Made by a program: the position numbers and the translations under genes. A model generated the notes under the pieces. The model saw only the letters and a program-made list of their open reading frames with translations. It was not told the DNA's origin and did no database searches. DNA of 63,281 nt, filler included, from Folioceros fuciformis (lineage: Eukaryota): NCBI GenBank assembly GCA_049999805.1. It is 15 parts of 15 records of this genome, joined end to end, with 100 filler letters (N's around TTAATTAATTAA, not from the genome) between each part and the next. Parts side by side here need not be neighbours in the genome. Positions count along the whole stretch, not along the records: positions 38,147 to 47,895 come from JBNGIO010005282.1; positions 47,996 to 49,167 come from JBNGIO010005283.1; positions 49,268 to 51,060 come from JBNGIO010005284.1; 12 more parts are not named here. One strand, given 5' to 3'. Shown piece by piece: positions 38,146-51,160 of the stretch; position 1 is the first letter of the stretch, and each line of letters starts with the position of its first letter.

Positions 38146-40085
38146 NTGCATCTTCAGAGGTACAGTTCCTGTATGCACAATTGCATGTGTTGTGTCATCT
38201 CCAGTTTCTACATATCCAGGTTTGTCTAGCACTTGCATTTCTTTGAACCACTCCCCATGGCATGTCATGTGGTTCGAAGCTCCTGAGTCCACATACCACA
38301 CAATCTCACCATTGTTGGATCCATTAGCAGACACAGAGTTAAGCATATGCTGCATGACAAACAAGTTTTCTGAGTCATTCTGACTGCTGCTAGAGGCATA
38401 ATTGTTCTGCTGCCTCCTGTTGCCTTGATTTCTCCTTGGACAGTCTCTTTCGAAGTGGTCTAACCTACCACAAGTCCAGCAACCACTATTGTCTGCATTT
38501 GCATCATTTTGTTGTTGATTTCCACGTCCTCTTTGACTCCCCCAGCCTCGAGAATTTTCTCCTCTTCCACGTGTACTCTTGTACTGGGACTNNNNNNNNN
38601 NNNNNNNNNNNNNNNNNNNNNNNNNNNNNNNNNNNNNNNNNNNNNNNNNNNNNNNNNNNNNNNNNNNNNNNNNNNNNNNNNNNNNNNNNNNTTTCCCGAG
38701 TCTGTATGGAAGTCTTGAACTGCTTGTAGGCAGGTGTTAACCCGCGCAAGCAAACTTCGACCTTGTCATCATTTTCCACACTGACACCAATGGACGCAAG
38801 GGATTCCACTATCCCTTTGATCTTTAACGCGTACTCATTGATTGATAAGTTCTTCTTCATAACTGTGTTGAAGTCATTCTTCAACTGCAGTTTTCTCGCC
38901 TTCGTGTTAGTCTCATAGAGTTTTACCAACTCATCCCATGCTTCTTTGGGCGACTCTGCATCCTGTATGTGCCCAATCATGGTGTCATGAATGCTGATTG
39001 ACAGCCAATACATGACCTTCCGAGATCCTTGACTCCAATCCTTCAGCGCCTTAATCTGCTCCGCTGTTGCATTCCGTTCAAGTACTACAGGGGGTTTTTC
39101 ATGCTCCCCCTCAATGTAGTCCCAATAACCCTTTCCCATAAGAAAGTTTGTAAAACGAAACTTCCAGGCATGGAAGTTGTTTTTGTCCAGCTTCTCCTGT
39201 ACGATCTAGTTAATACTGTCACTGGCCATTCTTGCCACCACTCAAGGTTGACACTCAATCCTTTCTTGAGTACTCACACCTGATAAATGTCTGAAAGAAC
39301 CAGACTGCTTCTGACTGGAGTTTTACTCACAAGACCTTAAGTCTCTTCTTCCTAAGAGCAATCTGGTGCGGAATCACGCTGCCTTGCGTGAACCAGATTG
39401 TCTCATGCTCCGTGTCCTTACAGACTCTTGACTGTCTGCCCACAAAGCTCCCGTGAGATTTCCTGTCAATTCCTTCCTTGCTGCCAAGCTAGGGTTAGCA
39501 CACTTTCTTGCAGCTGCTGAGGCTATTGCAGCTGTTGCCTCCACTTGTCAGCCCTTCCATAGAGCTCTGGAGATCAACAGCTAGTCCAGTAAGCTGACAG
39601 GGCCTTGTCGCCCTTCTCCTCACTTCCTGCACACACCGATATGAGAGTTAGCTGCCGGGACGCTTGCTGCCGATCTCCCTCCAAGCTGCTCCAACTTCTC
39701 GTAGCTGCTCTAGCTTCTGGTGTGCACTCTTGCTGCCTCTTGCAGCACCTCCTACGCCGATCTTGCACCGCCTGCACCGGGCTCTGATACCATGTCAATA
39801 GGATCGACTCCAGTCTACGTGCAAGTGTAGGAGAGGAGAGGAGAGAAGAGAGGGTGGTATTGGTGATCACAACCATGAAATCAATACACATCACCACTGT
39901 CTTACTATGGAGGTCCGAGGTCTCTATTTAAGTAGTACATTTAGGGCTACACAACTTCCAGGTTCAATATGGGATAATCTACACTATCCTAAGTTCACTA
40001 ATAACTAGAACTAGTCTAGTATGAACCCAACTGGGATAACTAACACCACATGAGTTTAGCTCATATAGAGCTCGATAACTCAACA
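38146..40085 (-). mobile_element. Ty1/Copia 5' part: 293-bp LTR (39793-40085), Met-i PBS (39780-39792), gag (ATG 39229), zinc knuckle, protease
   Basis: TGTTG...TGACA LTR, TGGTATCAGAGCC, EKLDKNNFHAWKF, UBN2-type gag, WYVDSGASNHM. Confidence 0.92.
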
Positions 40086-40442
40086 ACTCCCCCTCGCTGC
40101 GAACTTGAGTTACCGTGTGGAATTACATGGCGATGATTTCCCATGCTTGCATGCAGGCAACTCTGAGTTTTCTGTCCACGATCTGGTGGATTCTTCAGGC
40201 TGAGTCAGGTGATCTTATCTGTTTGTGAAAAGATAGAAAGTCTCGAGCAACGGAAGTTTCCCAAGCGCAGATCACTGGCGAAGAAGTCTCAGTCTTTTGG
40301 TGTTTCCCCCACACTTAAGGCCACAAACATGGAGGTCGGCATGGAGGAATTTGAGATGGTTGTGCGTCAACCCTTGCCTGAAGACTAGAAGTCTGTGAGG
40401 CGGTGACCAAGTTCTGCAGCGCTGAGAGTACCGTGTGTCATG

Positions 40443-43400
40443 CTCCCCCTCAGGCCGAGCGTGGTAGTAGCTTCTGGGTGCTCAAACCCAAATATGTACC
40501 TCTGCTGATAAGTCCGATGCCTTCAGTGTGTCGCTCATGCAGTGCCTTGCTCAATCCCTTTGTGAGAAGATCAGCCGTGTTATCGTTGGTGTTTACATAG
40601 CTCAAGACAATCTGCTTGTTGGCTACCACTTGTCGAATAAAGTGGTGTTGAATTTCCACGTGCTTGGTCCTTGTGTGCAGCACTGGATTGAGTGTCATTG
40701 CTATGGTTGACTGATTGTCGCATTGCAGATTGGTGGGTTCCAGCTGTTCTTCATGCACGTCCTTTAGGAATTGATTTCAATGCACCTGGATCCCTTGCCC
40801 AGTCTGCGTCCGAGAAGGCTGTTAGTGTAAATGGCAGAGTTGGGTTTCCAGTGTACCTCAAACCTAGGGTTTTAGTTCCCTTTAGGTATCTCAGTATACG
40901 CTTTATGCATGTCCAATGCGCTATGCCTGGATTCGACAGATATCTCGAGGCCATATTAACAGCTTGCGCAACGTCAGGGCGTGTCCAAATGGAGAGGTAT
41001 AGCAGGCTACCAACTGCCTCACTATAAGGTATACTGCTCATTTCCTTCTCTTCCTCTGGTGTTGCTGGGCAGTCTTCAGCTGATACTGTTTGCCATGCAG
41101 CAATGGGTGTTGACACTGGCTTCGCATCCTTCAGGTTAAAACGCTCGAGCAGCTGGTCCACGTAGTGTGGCTGGTGGATGAAGAATGTATGATCAGTGGT
41201 GCTTCTCTCAAACTGAACTCCGAGAGCATATTTCAGTGGTCCCATGTCAGTGACTTCATATTCCTTGGAAAATAGTTCCTTCACGTGCTGAATGATAGCT
41301 GGGTCACTGCCGAAAATAAAGTTATCGTCGACATAAAGTGTTATGAGGACGAATTGCTTCGCTGTCCTCATCGAGTACACACTTGTGTCGGCGGTAAGAG
41401 GAGTAAAACCACACTTCTTCAGGTACTGGTCTATTGTATCGTTCCATACTTGAGCAGACTGTTTAAGCCCATAGATGGATTTGAGTAGCTTGCAGACCTT
41501 GCTTGGATCCTTCACAAAACCTGGCGGCTGAAGCATGTATATCTCTTCTTGCAGGGTGCCGTAAAGGAACGCAGTTTTGACATCAACTTGATGTATCTCC
41601 AAGTGATGCTGGGCTGCAAAAGCTAGCAAGATACGTATGGAAGTGGACTTCACCACTGGGCTGTACAGTCGGTTCTCTTCGTAGTCGAATCTAGGAATAT
41701 GAGTAAAGCCCCTAGCGACAAGTCTTCCTTTGTATCTTGATATGGTGCCGTCGGGATGCAACTTTCTTCTAAAGGTCCACTTACATGATATAGCCTTCCT
41801 GCCTGGCGGTAAATCAGTAAGTACCCATGTCTTATTGTTGATTAATGAATTGTATTCGTCACGTGCTGCTGTTGTCCATTCAGGGGAGTTAAAAGCTTCT
41901 TCAACGGTGAGAGGTACTCCTTGCATCTCGATTGCTGAAAATGCTTGATGAAGTGCCAACTGCACTTGATCCACTTGTGTTTCAGGAGAGTTAAGTGGTG
42001 TAGGTTCAGCAGCGGCAGAAGATTGCCGTTGAACAATGGAATCTCCTGGAGTGTATGGTGGTTCAGTCCATTCTGAACGAGGGGGTCTGTACCTTGTGGA
42101 TCGACGTAGTTGCTGAACTGGGGGGTTAGTAAGCTGAGAGGGATTAGGAATAGGATTTACCTTGGATTCATCTTGGGCAGATGGGGTACCGGAAGGTGGA
42201 GAGACCTGCTGATGCTTTATGAGTGGATCGGGCTACACAGGATCATTGTTAATGGGAACTGCATATAGAGTGGGTGCAAGTGCAGTGTGATGTGAGGGGT
42301 CTGATAATTGGTCCTAGTAAAACTCTGGAACTTGTGAGACAGAGGTATCGTCATAGGTGCCCCCCTCAAGGTCAAGAGGGTTAACAGGATCAGTGGGAAA
42401 ACCTTGCAAGCTAGCAGAAGGTAAAGGTGTGGCAGTGACGATGCTGGTGAGGTAATGTTGGATAAGATAAGTTTCATTGAAGTAGGCACTTCTAGAGTGG
42501 ATGGCATCACGGATGACGGGATCCCAAAGTTTGTAGGCTTTAACTTGGTCGGAGTACCCTATGAGGAGGAGCTTACGGCCTTTATCATCCCATTTTTTGC
42601 AAGTGGCGTCTGCTATATGGGCAAAGGCTGGACTCCCGAAAATTCTAAGATGAGATATTCTAGGCTTATTTCCTGTCCATCTTTCGTAGGGTGTTATATT
42701 TGGGAGTTCCTTGGTTGGGAGGCGGTTTTTGAGGTAGTTAGAGGTAGCTACGGCTTCTGCCCAATAGCCCTTTGCCAGACCAGATAGCTTAAGGAGTGAC
42801 CGTGAAATTTCTAACAAAGACCTATTCAGTCTCTCGGCAAAGGGATTTTGAGAAGGTGTATAAGGGACTGTATACTGACGTAGGATTCCTTTTAACTTGC
42901 AGAATGACTGGAAAGCATGACTGGTGAACTCTCCGGCATTATCAGTTCGAAGGGTACCTACCAGAAAACCGGTCTGCCGCTCACTCATGAGGAGGAACTC
43001 TTGGAAGTAAGCTAAGGCCTCATCCTTGTGTTTGAGAAAAAAGATGTGGGTATACCTGCTCCACTCATCCATGAAACTCAGAAAGTATGAATGTCCTCCA
43101 AAGGAGGGTGTACTCATAGGCCCGCAAATGTCAGAGTGTATTACCTCGAGAAGTCAACGAGCTTGTGTAGGTGATGAGTCAGTGAAGGGAAGTTGATTTA
43201 ATTTTGTATACTTACAAATCTCACAGAAAAAGTCTTGTGGAATACTGATCTTGATGGGGTCCCTATACATTGATGAGTTGGCGAAGGCATTGAGGTACCT
43301 TGGGTTGATGTGGCCAACTCTACAGTGCCATAAGAGTGCTGTATTGGAGTTTTCTTTGTTGGAATTGTCAACTAACAGTGAGGAAGCTGAGTGAATGTTT

Positions 43401-44150
43401 AGCAGATACAAGTCATTATACGGGAGACCATGAGCGAGAGTAGTTTGTGGTGGGTCCTTGGCGTGGCTGATGGTATAGTGATTACCTTGGAACACTATTA
43501 CCAGGTCATGTTCAGTGGCAAGTTTGCGTACAGACAGGAGATCAGTGTAAAACTCCATTGATGATGAGGTGTTCTCCATTGGATAGCCGAAGTCGAACTC
43601 CACCAGTTCCTTCGATTGGTAAAGCACTGTCGTCTCCAAGCAGTACATGTTGGTCCGACAGTACGTGGTGATAGGTTTCAAACGTATCTCTACTGCTGCA
43701 AATATGTGTGGTCGCCCCTGAGTCGAGGAACCACCTATGTGGATCAGTCCTGGTTAATGTGAGGCTGGCTCTATTGAATCTTTCGGTGCAGCCCTTATAG
43801 AATCTTGGAGACGGTGATGTGGGTCGTCTGTTGGGCGCGTAGTTTGCTGGTGAACGGCGTCGAGACATATTGCCGTTCAGTGCGCACGGCTAGCATCGTA
43901 CGATTCTGCTTCGGGCCATGCTCACGAACTGCAATCGCGTGGGCGCGAGGCGCGGGGAAGAGGCCGAACCACTCTGATACCATCATACAATTATGAGTGC
44001 AGAATAGAATATTTATTAGTTTAGGTAGATGTCTTAAATACACATTCGTAATACGGTTTCAACTCTTTAACCGTATTTACGGTTTGTTTAATCTAAACTG
44101 CTTTCGGTTTAATAACTGTCTGTAAAACCCTATGTGTGAAACGTGCCCTA
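40443..44150 (-). mobile_element. Ty1/Copia element lacking gag: PBS, protease, integrase, RT, partly deleted RNase H, PPT
   Basis: PBS 43972-43982; WFLDSGATTH; LWHCRVGH; MDEWSRY/RTDNAGEF; YKGRLVARGF, QVDVKTAFL, LYVDD, SDADWA; KHVEIQHHFIR. Confidence 0.95.
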
Positions 44151-44178
44151 AAACTTGAGGGGAATTAAACTCTGAGTT

Positions 44179-46250
44179 CTACAGTATGTACACGGATACT
44201 CCAACAACTGTGATAGCTTGCAACTCCACTCTTTGGACTTCTCCGTCTTCCCTGCCCTGATCTTCCAAAAGGCTTTCCAGCGACATGACCTTGAACGTCA
44301 ATAATTGCTCTTGGATCGCCATACCCGAAAGCCAAACAGCCCTGTCTAACTCTACGGCTTCCTCCTGTTCATCCTCCTCAGATTCCACATCCTTACTGTT
44401 GATGGAGTATGCATACCACCCCTCAGCGCCCGAGCTAGGAGGTTGCCTTAAAACCTGTTGCACCTTATTCTCTAACCCCTCTCGCAACCATGAAAAAAGG
44501 AGTCTGATGTGTTGAGCCACTAACCCAAACTCCCCCTTGACCTCGTCCATCTCCTTCCAACGAGACTCTGATCTATTCTATAGATGCCCCAGCTCGAAAA
44601 CTCCTTTTCGACCCGCCAACGCGAAGATTTGAGACCGAAATACCCTTGACCTGAACTCCTGAGCCCACAACCTTGAGAATCCTTTCAGAGAAATACCAAG
44701 TACATCATCAACGTGTGAAAGGTTACCAGAAATAATGTACTGTTTTACCTCTAAGTAACTGCTCTAGATGGACTTCAAGAGTGGGGAGCATTCTGCAGTA
44801 TCAAGCAACGGCTTGTCAGCAAGAATGTTGTCAATAGATCTCCTTCCCCTAGGGACAGCTTGGGTGCAATCCAAATGTTGCGTTAGCCAACTCTTCCACG
44901 GGTAGTAAGCCAGATAAGCCGCCCTAACAACCCATTGAGCATGCAAAACTTTCATCTTAGCAACCGGATCCACCACCCCTAGACCCCCCTGACTACGAGC
45001 TTGGATGATGTGGTGCCAAGCCACTTTAGAGCACCCGGCCATGCTATCCCGCGAACGTTTCCATAAAAATGAGGTCAGCACCTGTTGCAACCGCTTCACC
45101 TCTGTCTTGGAGAGGGACCACAAGAATAAGTGATACCATAGAGAGGCTGTAAGGATATGGTTAGTTACCACCAGCCTCCCTGCAAGGTTAAGCTCCAACA
45201 GCTGCAAGCTTGCCGCTTTCCGAAGGAATATGAGGCACACATATTTCCCTATCTCACCATTCTCATCCCGCTCTTGAAAGGGAAGCCCCAAGTACTTGTG
45301 GGTGGAACCCAAAGTCACACGCCTAAAGTGGCTAATGCATTGCGGAAGCTCCTCTTCCATGTGGAGACACATCATGCGAGTCTTGCTCCAATTAACCCTG
45401 GCAACCCGATAACTCCCCAAATACCTTAACCTGCTGGAGCAGAGCCTTCAATGAAGCCTCCTCAGCCGAGGAAAAGAGGAGAGTATCATCTACAAACGTA
45501 GATACCCTCAGCTGCGTTCCGTTTGGATTCCGAATACCTTCCACTCCTAGGTCTTGCTTAACTGCTCGGAGAAAGAAGTCAATAACAATAATAAACAAGA
45601 ATGGAGCTAGGGGGCACCCCGGACGTACCGAACGATGAATGCCAAAACGCTCTGTAAAAGACCCATTGACAGTCACCGTGGCACCTATGTCTTCACACAA
45701 AATGGCTATCCATCTACAGAAATTATTTCCGAACCCAAAACTACGCAGGCATCTCCACAAGAAATGCCACTCAATGGAGTCGTACGCCTTGTAAAAATCA
45801 AGGGAAATGAAGACGGCAGCTTTCTTCTGTACCTTAATATTGTACATAGCTTCTCACAAGAGAAAGAGGTTGTCCGGATGCACCTATTTTGAATGAACCC
45901 TTGCTGCTTCTTCTCTATTCATTTATCTAGAAAGGGTTTGATGCGATTGGCCAGAACTTTAGCAATCACCTTGTAAGTGGTTGTGAGCAAGGTGATTGGG
46001 CGCCAGTTGGATATAGATAGACTGGTGTCCTGCTTAGGGAGCACGGAGATGACCCCCATACTGAACCAACTTCCCATGCTACCATCCTCCCAAATCATGC
46101 TCCCAGATCACGCCTCCATGAATAAAGGCTCCATAAACTCCCACCCCCAAAGCAGGAACTCGGGTGGGATACCATCATGACCTGGGGATTTATCCCTCGG
46201 CATCCCCTTGAGAGCCTGAAACACCTCATCTGTAGTTATCGGCTTATCTA
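44179..46250 (-). mobile_element. 5'-truncated L1-like LINE (RT and C-terminal region), degenerate
   Basis: KSPGHDG, NWRPITLL, LDFYKAYD, RPGCPLAP, FVDD, KYLGLP, VAW..I...GGLG. Confidence 0.92.
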
Positions 46251-47895
46251 GGAGGTTGACTACATTGTTCAGCCAGTCAATCTGAAAATGCTGGGAATGG
46301 GCAGCTAACCAGGGTTTTCCTACGATCACAAGTTTCCCTAGGCATCACAATTAGTTTCAGTTCTTCAATGTACCCCTCTGGGAAAGTAAGGTGAGCTTCT
46401 ACCCACTTCTCTGAGCTAGTGTCCTTTTTGCCTAGCGATGTCACAACTGTGGATAACTAATCGAAATCTTGGATGCACAGGTCGGCCCTATGAGTCGCAA
46501 CTTCAGAGATGTAGTGATGACTAGCCCCACTGTCCAGAAGGGCTGTGACAGTGATGCCCTCCAACTGTACCCTAAACTTGAGGGGAACATGATGCAGATT
46601 ACAGGCATTCAACACACAGCAACCATTGCAGGCTTTAGGGTTACCCGGTGAGTGGTCTCCTTCTAATTCCTCGATGGTGACGGAATGATTGCAACGGGTG
46701 TTGGGTGTGCTGCGAGTGTGGCTGCTCCTTGTGGTGTTGCCCATCTTCTTCAACCATGCGATAAACTCCTTACGATGTGGACAGTTGCGAGACCCATGGT
46801 CAATGCCTGTGCAGGTAAAACACATTTTCTTGTCGCTATAGTCCTTCTTCTCCTCCTCTGATAGGATTTTGAACGCAGGCTTCTTGTTCACCACGTTGGC
46901 AGTCCTCCCGAACTTCTACTTCTGACTCGTGGCTGTCCCCAAGTGCTTGTATTTGTTCAGGCCATAGTTCATGGCAACTCGGATCGCCTCTACTTAGAGT
47001 TCCAGGATTTGTGTAGTTGACATCTGCCCGTAGCTCAAATCGGAGTCCGTCAATGAACTTCTTCACCTTTTGCTCTTCGTCCAATCTTGGCATATCCAAG
47101 GTAAGTTGGAGAAACTTGTCACAATATTCTTGTACACTGCCCTGCTGATGTATCTTCCGGAAATGATGATACAATTCCTTTCTGTGGTTGACAAGGAGGA
47201 ACTGTTCCAGGAAGAGCTGGTGGAACAGTGGCCATGAATACACCGGGGACTCCATTCCGAGGTCATACCCATCCAATGACATCACACAAAACTGGATCTT
47301 GTGGAGGTCATCCTTCTCGCTCGCGGCGAGGTACTTAATCTTGTCCAGCCAGTCGTACACACTATGTGCTTCCTTGGCTTGGCCGTCGAACGTGGTTGTC
47401 TTGATTTTTCGCTGCGGTCCAGTTGCGGTCTGGGCTTGAAGAGGTGTTCGTTTTCTTCAGGTGCATCCCTTCTCATCTTACCTCTTTGTTTCTCCCAATG
47501 TTTGTATCGCATTAGTTGCAGTCTCTTAACCATTGCTTTAATCTCCTTATCTTCCTTCTCTGCAGGGGTGAGTTCGAGTTCGACTCTCTTCCTTTCTTCT
47601 TCCTCGGCACTCAACTCCTGGCTGTGGGAAGGCCCCAATGAGGCTCCCTTCGTTTCTCCTGCCTCTCTTGTGCTAGCTGTGCCTTCGACGGGCGTTGCAA
47701 GGCGATAGGCGGTTCCTGGTTAAGGCGTTGGGGAATTGGACGTGGGGGGTAGTGACTGCTCCAAAGACTGGAGCACACCATTGAGCTGGCTTTCCAGATT
47801 GGCTTGTCCCTCCCCCACCTACGATTTGACCCGAGCCAGCAATGTTTCCAACTTTTCCAACTACAGTCTTGTCGGGACTGAGCACTGTGCAGTTC
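46250..47895 (-). mobile_element. Ty3/Gypsy gag, zinc knuckle and aspartic protease (degenerate)
   Basis: QQGSVQEYCDKF...FIDGL, CFTCTGIDHGSRNC, ALLDSGASHHYI, IVGKPWL...IDW. Confidence 0.9.
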
Positions 47896-47995
47896 NNNNN
47901 NNNNNNNNNNNNNNNNNNNNNNNNNNNNNNNNNNNNNNNTTAATTAATTAANNNNNNNNNNNNNNNNNNNNNNNNNNNNNNNNNNNNNNNNNNNN

Positions 47996-49167
47996 GCAAC
48001 CATGCCTCGTAGGAGGGTAGTTGATCCACCATTGTCTCAGGAGTTGCAACATCAAACTCGTCGAGGAGTGGAGTGGATCCCGCCACCTCGACAAGGTCCA
48101 TGGAGCCAAGACTATCTCGACGAGTATCGGATTCAACTTCGTGCATTTGGGCATAAGCAGGCCCAAGAACGAAGATGACATCACAATCAGCTACGTGAGC
48201 AAGATTTTGAAGGTGTTTTCCAAGCAGCAAAAATCTCACCATCTTGTAAAAGGCAGAATCTTTATTCAAGTTTGAAAAGTCCAAAATTGAAGGAGAATTT
48301 TTAAACTTGGACGCCCTACAAGATTCTAGCCAAGAGAGAGGAGAAGATTTATATGGAGAAACAATTCAAAGTTATTTGGAGAGAATTGAAGTCACATTTT
48401 CTCAATTGCGCTCTAGGCAGGAATTATTTCTGGAAGCATTATATGAGATGGAAAAACGTTTACAGCACAAAATTAATAACGTGAGCTATGACATTGATCA
48501 TGGCATTGAGCACATTACACAATTGCTACAATCCATGCATGTAATTTCCAAGGAGACTGCTGATCACGCAAGGCCTGCAAGCCCTATCGCACCCTAAATC
48601 TGAGAAAATTGCTTGCAATGTGGCTGAGTGGCANNNNNNNNNNNNNNNNNNNNNNNNNNNNNNNNNNNNNNNNNNNNNNNNNNNNNNNNNNNNNNNNNNN
48701 NNNNNNNNNNNNNNNNNNNNNNNNNNNNNNNNNGCAACCATGCCTCGTAGGAGGGTAGTTGATCCACCATTGTCTCAGGAGTTGCAACATCAAACTCGTC
48801 GAGGAGTGGAGTGGATCCCGCCACCTCGACAAGGTCCATGGAGCCAAGACTATCTCGACGAGTATCGGATTCAACTTCGTGCATTTGGGCATAAGCAGGC
48901 CCAAGAACGAAGATGACATCACAATCAGCTACGTGAGCAAGATTTTGAAGGTGTTTTCCAAGCAGCAAAAATCTCACCATCTTGTAAAAGGCAGAATCTT
49001 TATTCAAGTTTGAAAAGTCCAAAATTGAAGGAGAATTTTTAAACTTGGACGCCCTACAAGATTCTAGCCAAGAGAGAGGAGAAGATTTATATGGAGAAAC
49101 AATTCAAAGTTATTTGGAGAGAATTGAAGTCACATTTTCTCAATTGCGCTCTAGGCAGGAATTATTT
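47996..49167. repeat. ~430-bp apparently identical duplication across a 100-N gap (47996- vs 48734-); sequence of unknown type
   Basis: Same sequence and ORFs on both sides of the gap. Confidence 0.8.
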
Positions 49168-49266
49168 NNNNNNNNNNNNNNNNNNNNNNNNNNNNNNNNN
49201 NNNNNNNNNNNTTAATTAATTAANNNNNNNNNNNNNNNNNNNNNNNNNNNNNNNNNNNNNNNNNNN

Positions 49267-51060
49267 NGGAAGGGGGCTGTGACCCAAGGTCTGAAGGGCC
49301 TGCTGGTGAGGATATAGAGGTCACTAGATTCACCTCCGAAGACCTATTCAGGGAATGGGGAATGAGGGAGGAAGATCCTTGAGAGCCGGAAGAAGGGTTT
49401 GGAGTCAGCTTTGCTCCCGTGGATCGTGAATGGGTGCAGGTTGATGAAATTAAGGATGTGGAGGTGTTGTCGAGCAAGGTGCTGAAGCTTTCCAAACAGC
49501 TGGATGCCAAATTGGAAGAGGGAATGAAGCAACTCCTGGCTGAGTTCATCGATGTGTTTGCCTTTGAGGTGACGAACATGAAGGGAATTCCCAAAGAGTG
49601 GGGGGAGCACAAGATTGACTTGGAGCCAGGCGCTGTTCCTGTTCGAATTCCACAGTACAAGCTGAATCCAAAATACTCCATGAAGGTAAAGGAACAGCTG
49701 GAGCAGTACTTGAAGGCAGATGTGATTTTTCCGATTGTGAACTCAGATTGGGTGGCCCCAATCGTGGTGGTGCCCAAGAAATGGCCGGGGAAGATCCGAG
49801 TGTGCCAGGACTAGAGAAGGCTGAACAAAGCCACCAAGAAGGATAATTTCCCCTTGCCATTCATTGACAACATTTTGGATTTGGTGGCTGGCCGCATGAT
49901 TTACTCCTTTTTGGATGGCTATTCAGGTTACAATCAGCTGTCCCTAAGGGAGAGTGACTGGCCATTGACAGCCTTCACAACTGATTGGGGGACATTCGCC
50001 TACAAGAGGAGTGCTTTTGGGCTGAGAGGAGCACCGGGGTCCTTTATGCGCAGCATGTACAAGATCTTCAAGGATTTCCTCCACAAGTTCCTGGAGGTGT
50101 TCATAGATGATTTTTGTGTGTCTGGAGGGGTGGAGCAGCATCTGGAGCACCTAAGGCTGTGCTTGGCTAGGTGTCGTGAGACGCAGCTTTGTTTGCATAT
50201 GGAGAAATGCTATTTTGGCATGGCTGAAGGGATCTTGCTAGGTCACAGAATTTCAGCACGGGGCATTGAAGTGGACCTAGACAAGGTGAAGGTGATTGCT
50301 GCCTTGAGGGCCCCAGCCACACTCAAGGAGCTGTGTGGATTCCTTGGGATGGTGGGATACTACCGCCAGTTTGTGCCAAATTTTGCTAGACGGGCTGCCC
50401 CTTTGACGGGCCTATTGAGGAAGGAGCAATCTTGGGAGTGGACAGCGGCGAGGGAGGCTGCATTTCAGGACTTGAGGACCACTCTTGTGACAGCACCAAC
50501 ACTCAAGGGNNNNNNNNNNNNNNNNNNNNNNNNNNNNNNNNNNNNNNNNNNNNNNNNNNNNNNNNNNNNNNNNNNNNNNNNNNNNNNNNNNNNNNNNNNN
50601 NNNNNNNNNCCTACAAGAGGAGTGCTTTTGGGCTGACAGGAGCACCGGGGTCCTTTATGCGCAGCATGTACAAGATCTTCAAGGATTTCCTCCACAAATT
50701 CCTAGAGGAGTTCATAGATGATTTTTGTGTGTCTGGAGGGGTGGAGCAACATCTGGAGCACCTAAGGCTGTGCTTGGCCAGGTGCCGTGAGACTCAACTT
50801 TGTTTGCATCCAGAAAAATGCTATTTTGGCATGGCTGAAGGGATCTTGCTAGGTCACAGAATTTCAGCAAGGGGCATTGAAGTGGACCCGAACAAGGTGA
50901 AGGTGATTGCTGCCTTGAGGGCCCTAGCCACATCGAAGGAGCTGCGTGGATTCCTTGGGATGGTGGGATACTACCGCTGGTTTGTGCCAAATTTTGCTAG
51001 ACGGGCTGCCCCTTTGACGGGCCTATCGAGGAAGGAGTAATCTTGGGAGTGGACAGCGGC
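49267..51060 (+). mobile_element. Ty3/Gypsy reverse transcriptase, two slightly diverged copies across a gap
   Basis: EHKIDL, WVAPIVVVPKK, FLDGYSGYNQ, AFGL, FIDD, GFLGMVGYYR. Confidence 0.95.
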
Positions 51061-51160
51061 NNNNNNNNNNNNNNNNNNNNNNNNNNNNNNNNNNNNNNNN
51101 NNNNTTAATTAATTAANNNNNNNNNNNNNNNNNNNNNNNNNNNNNNNNNNNNNNNNNNNN

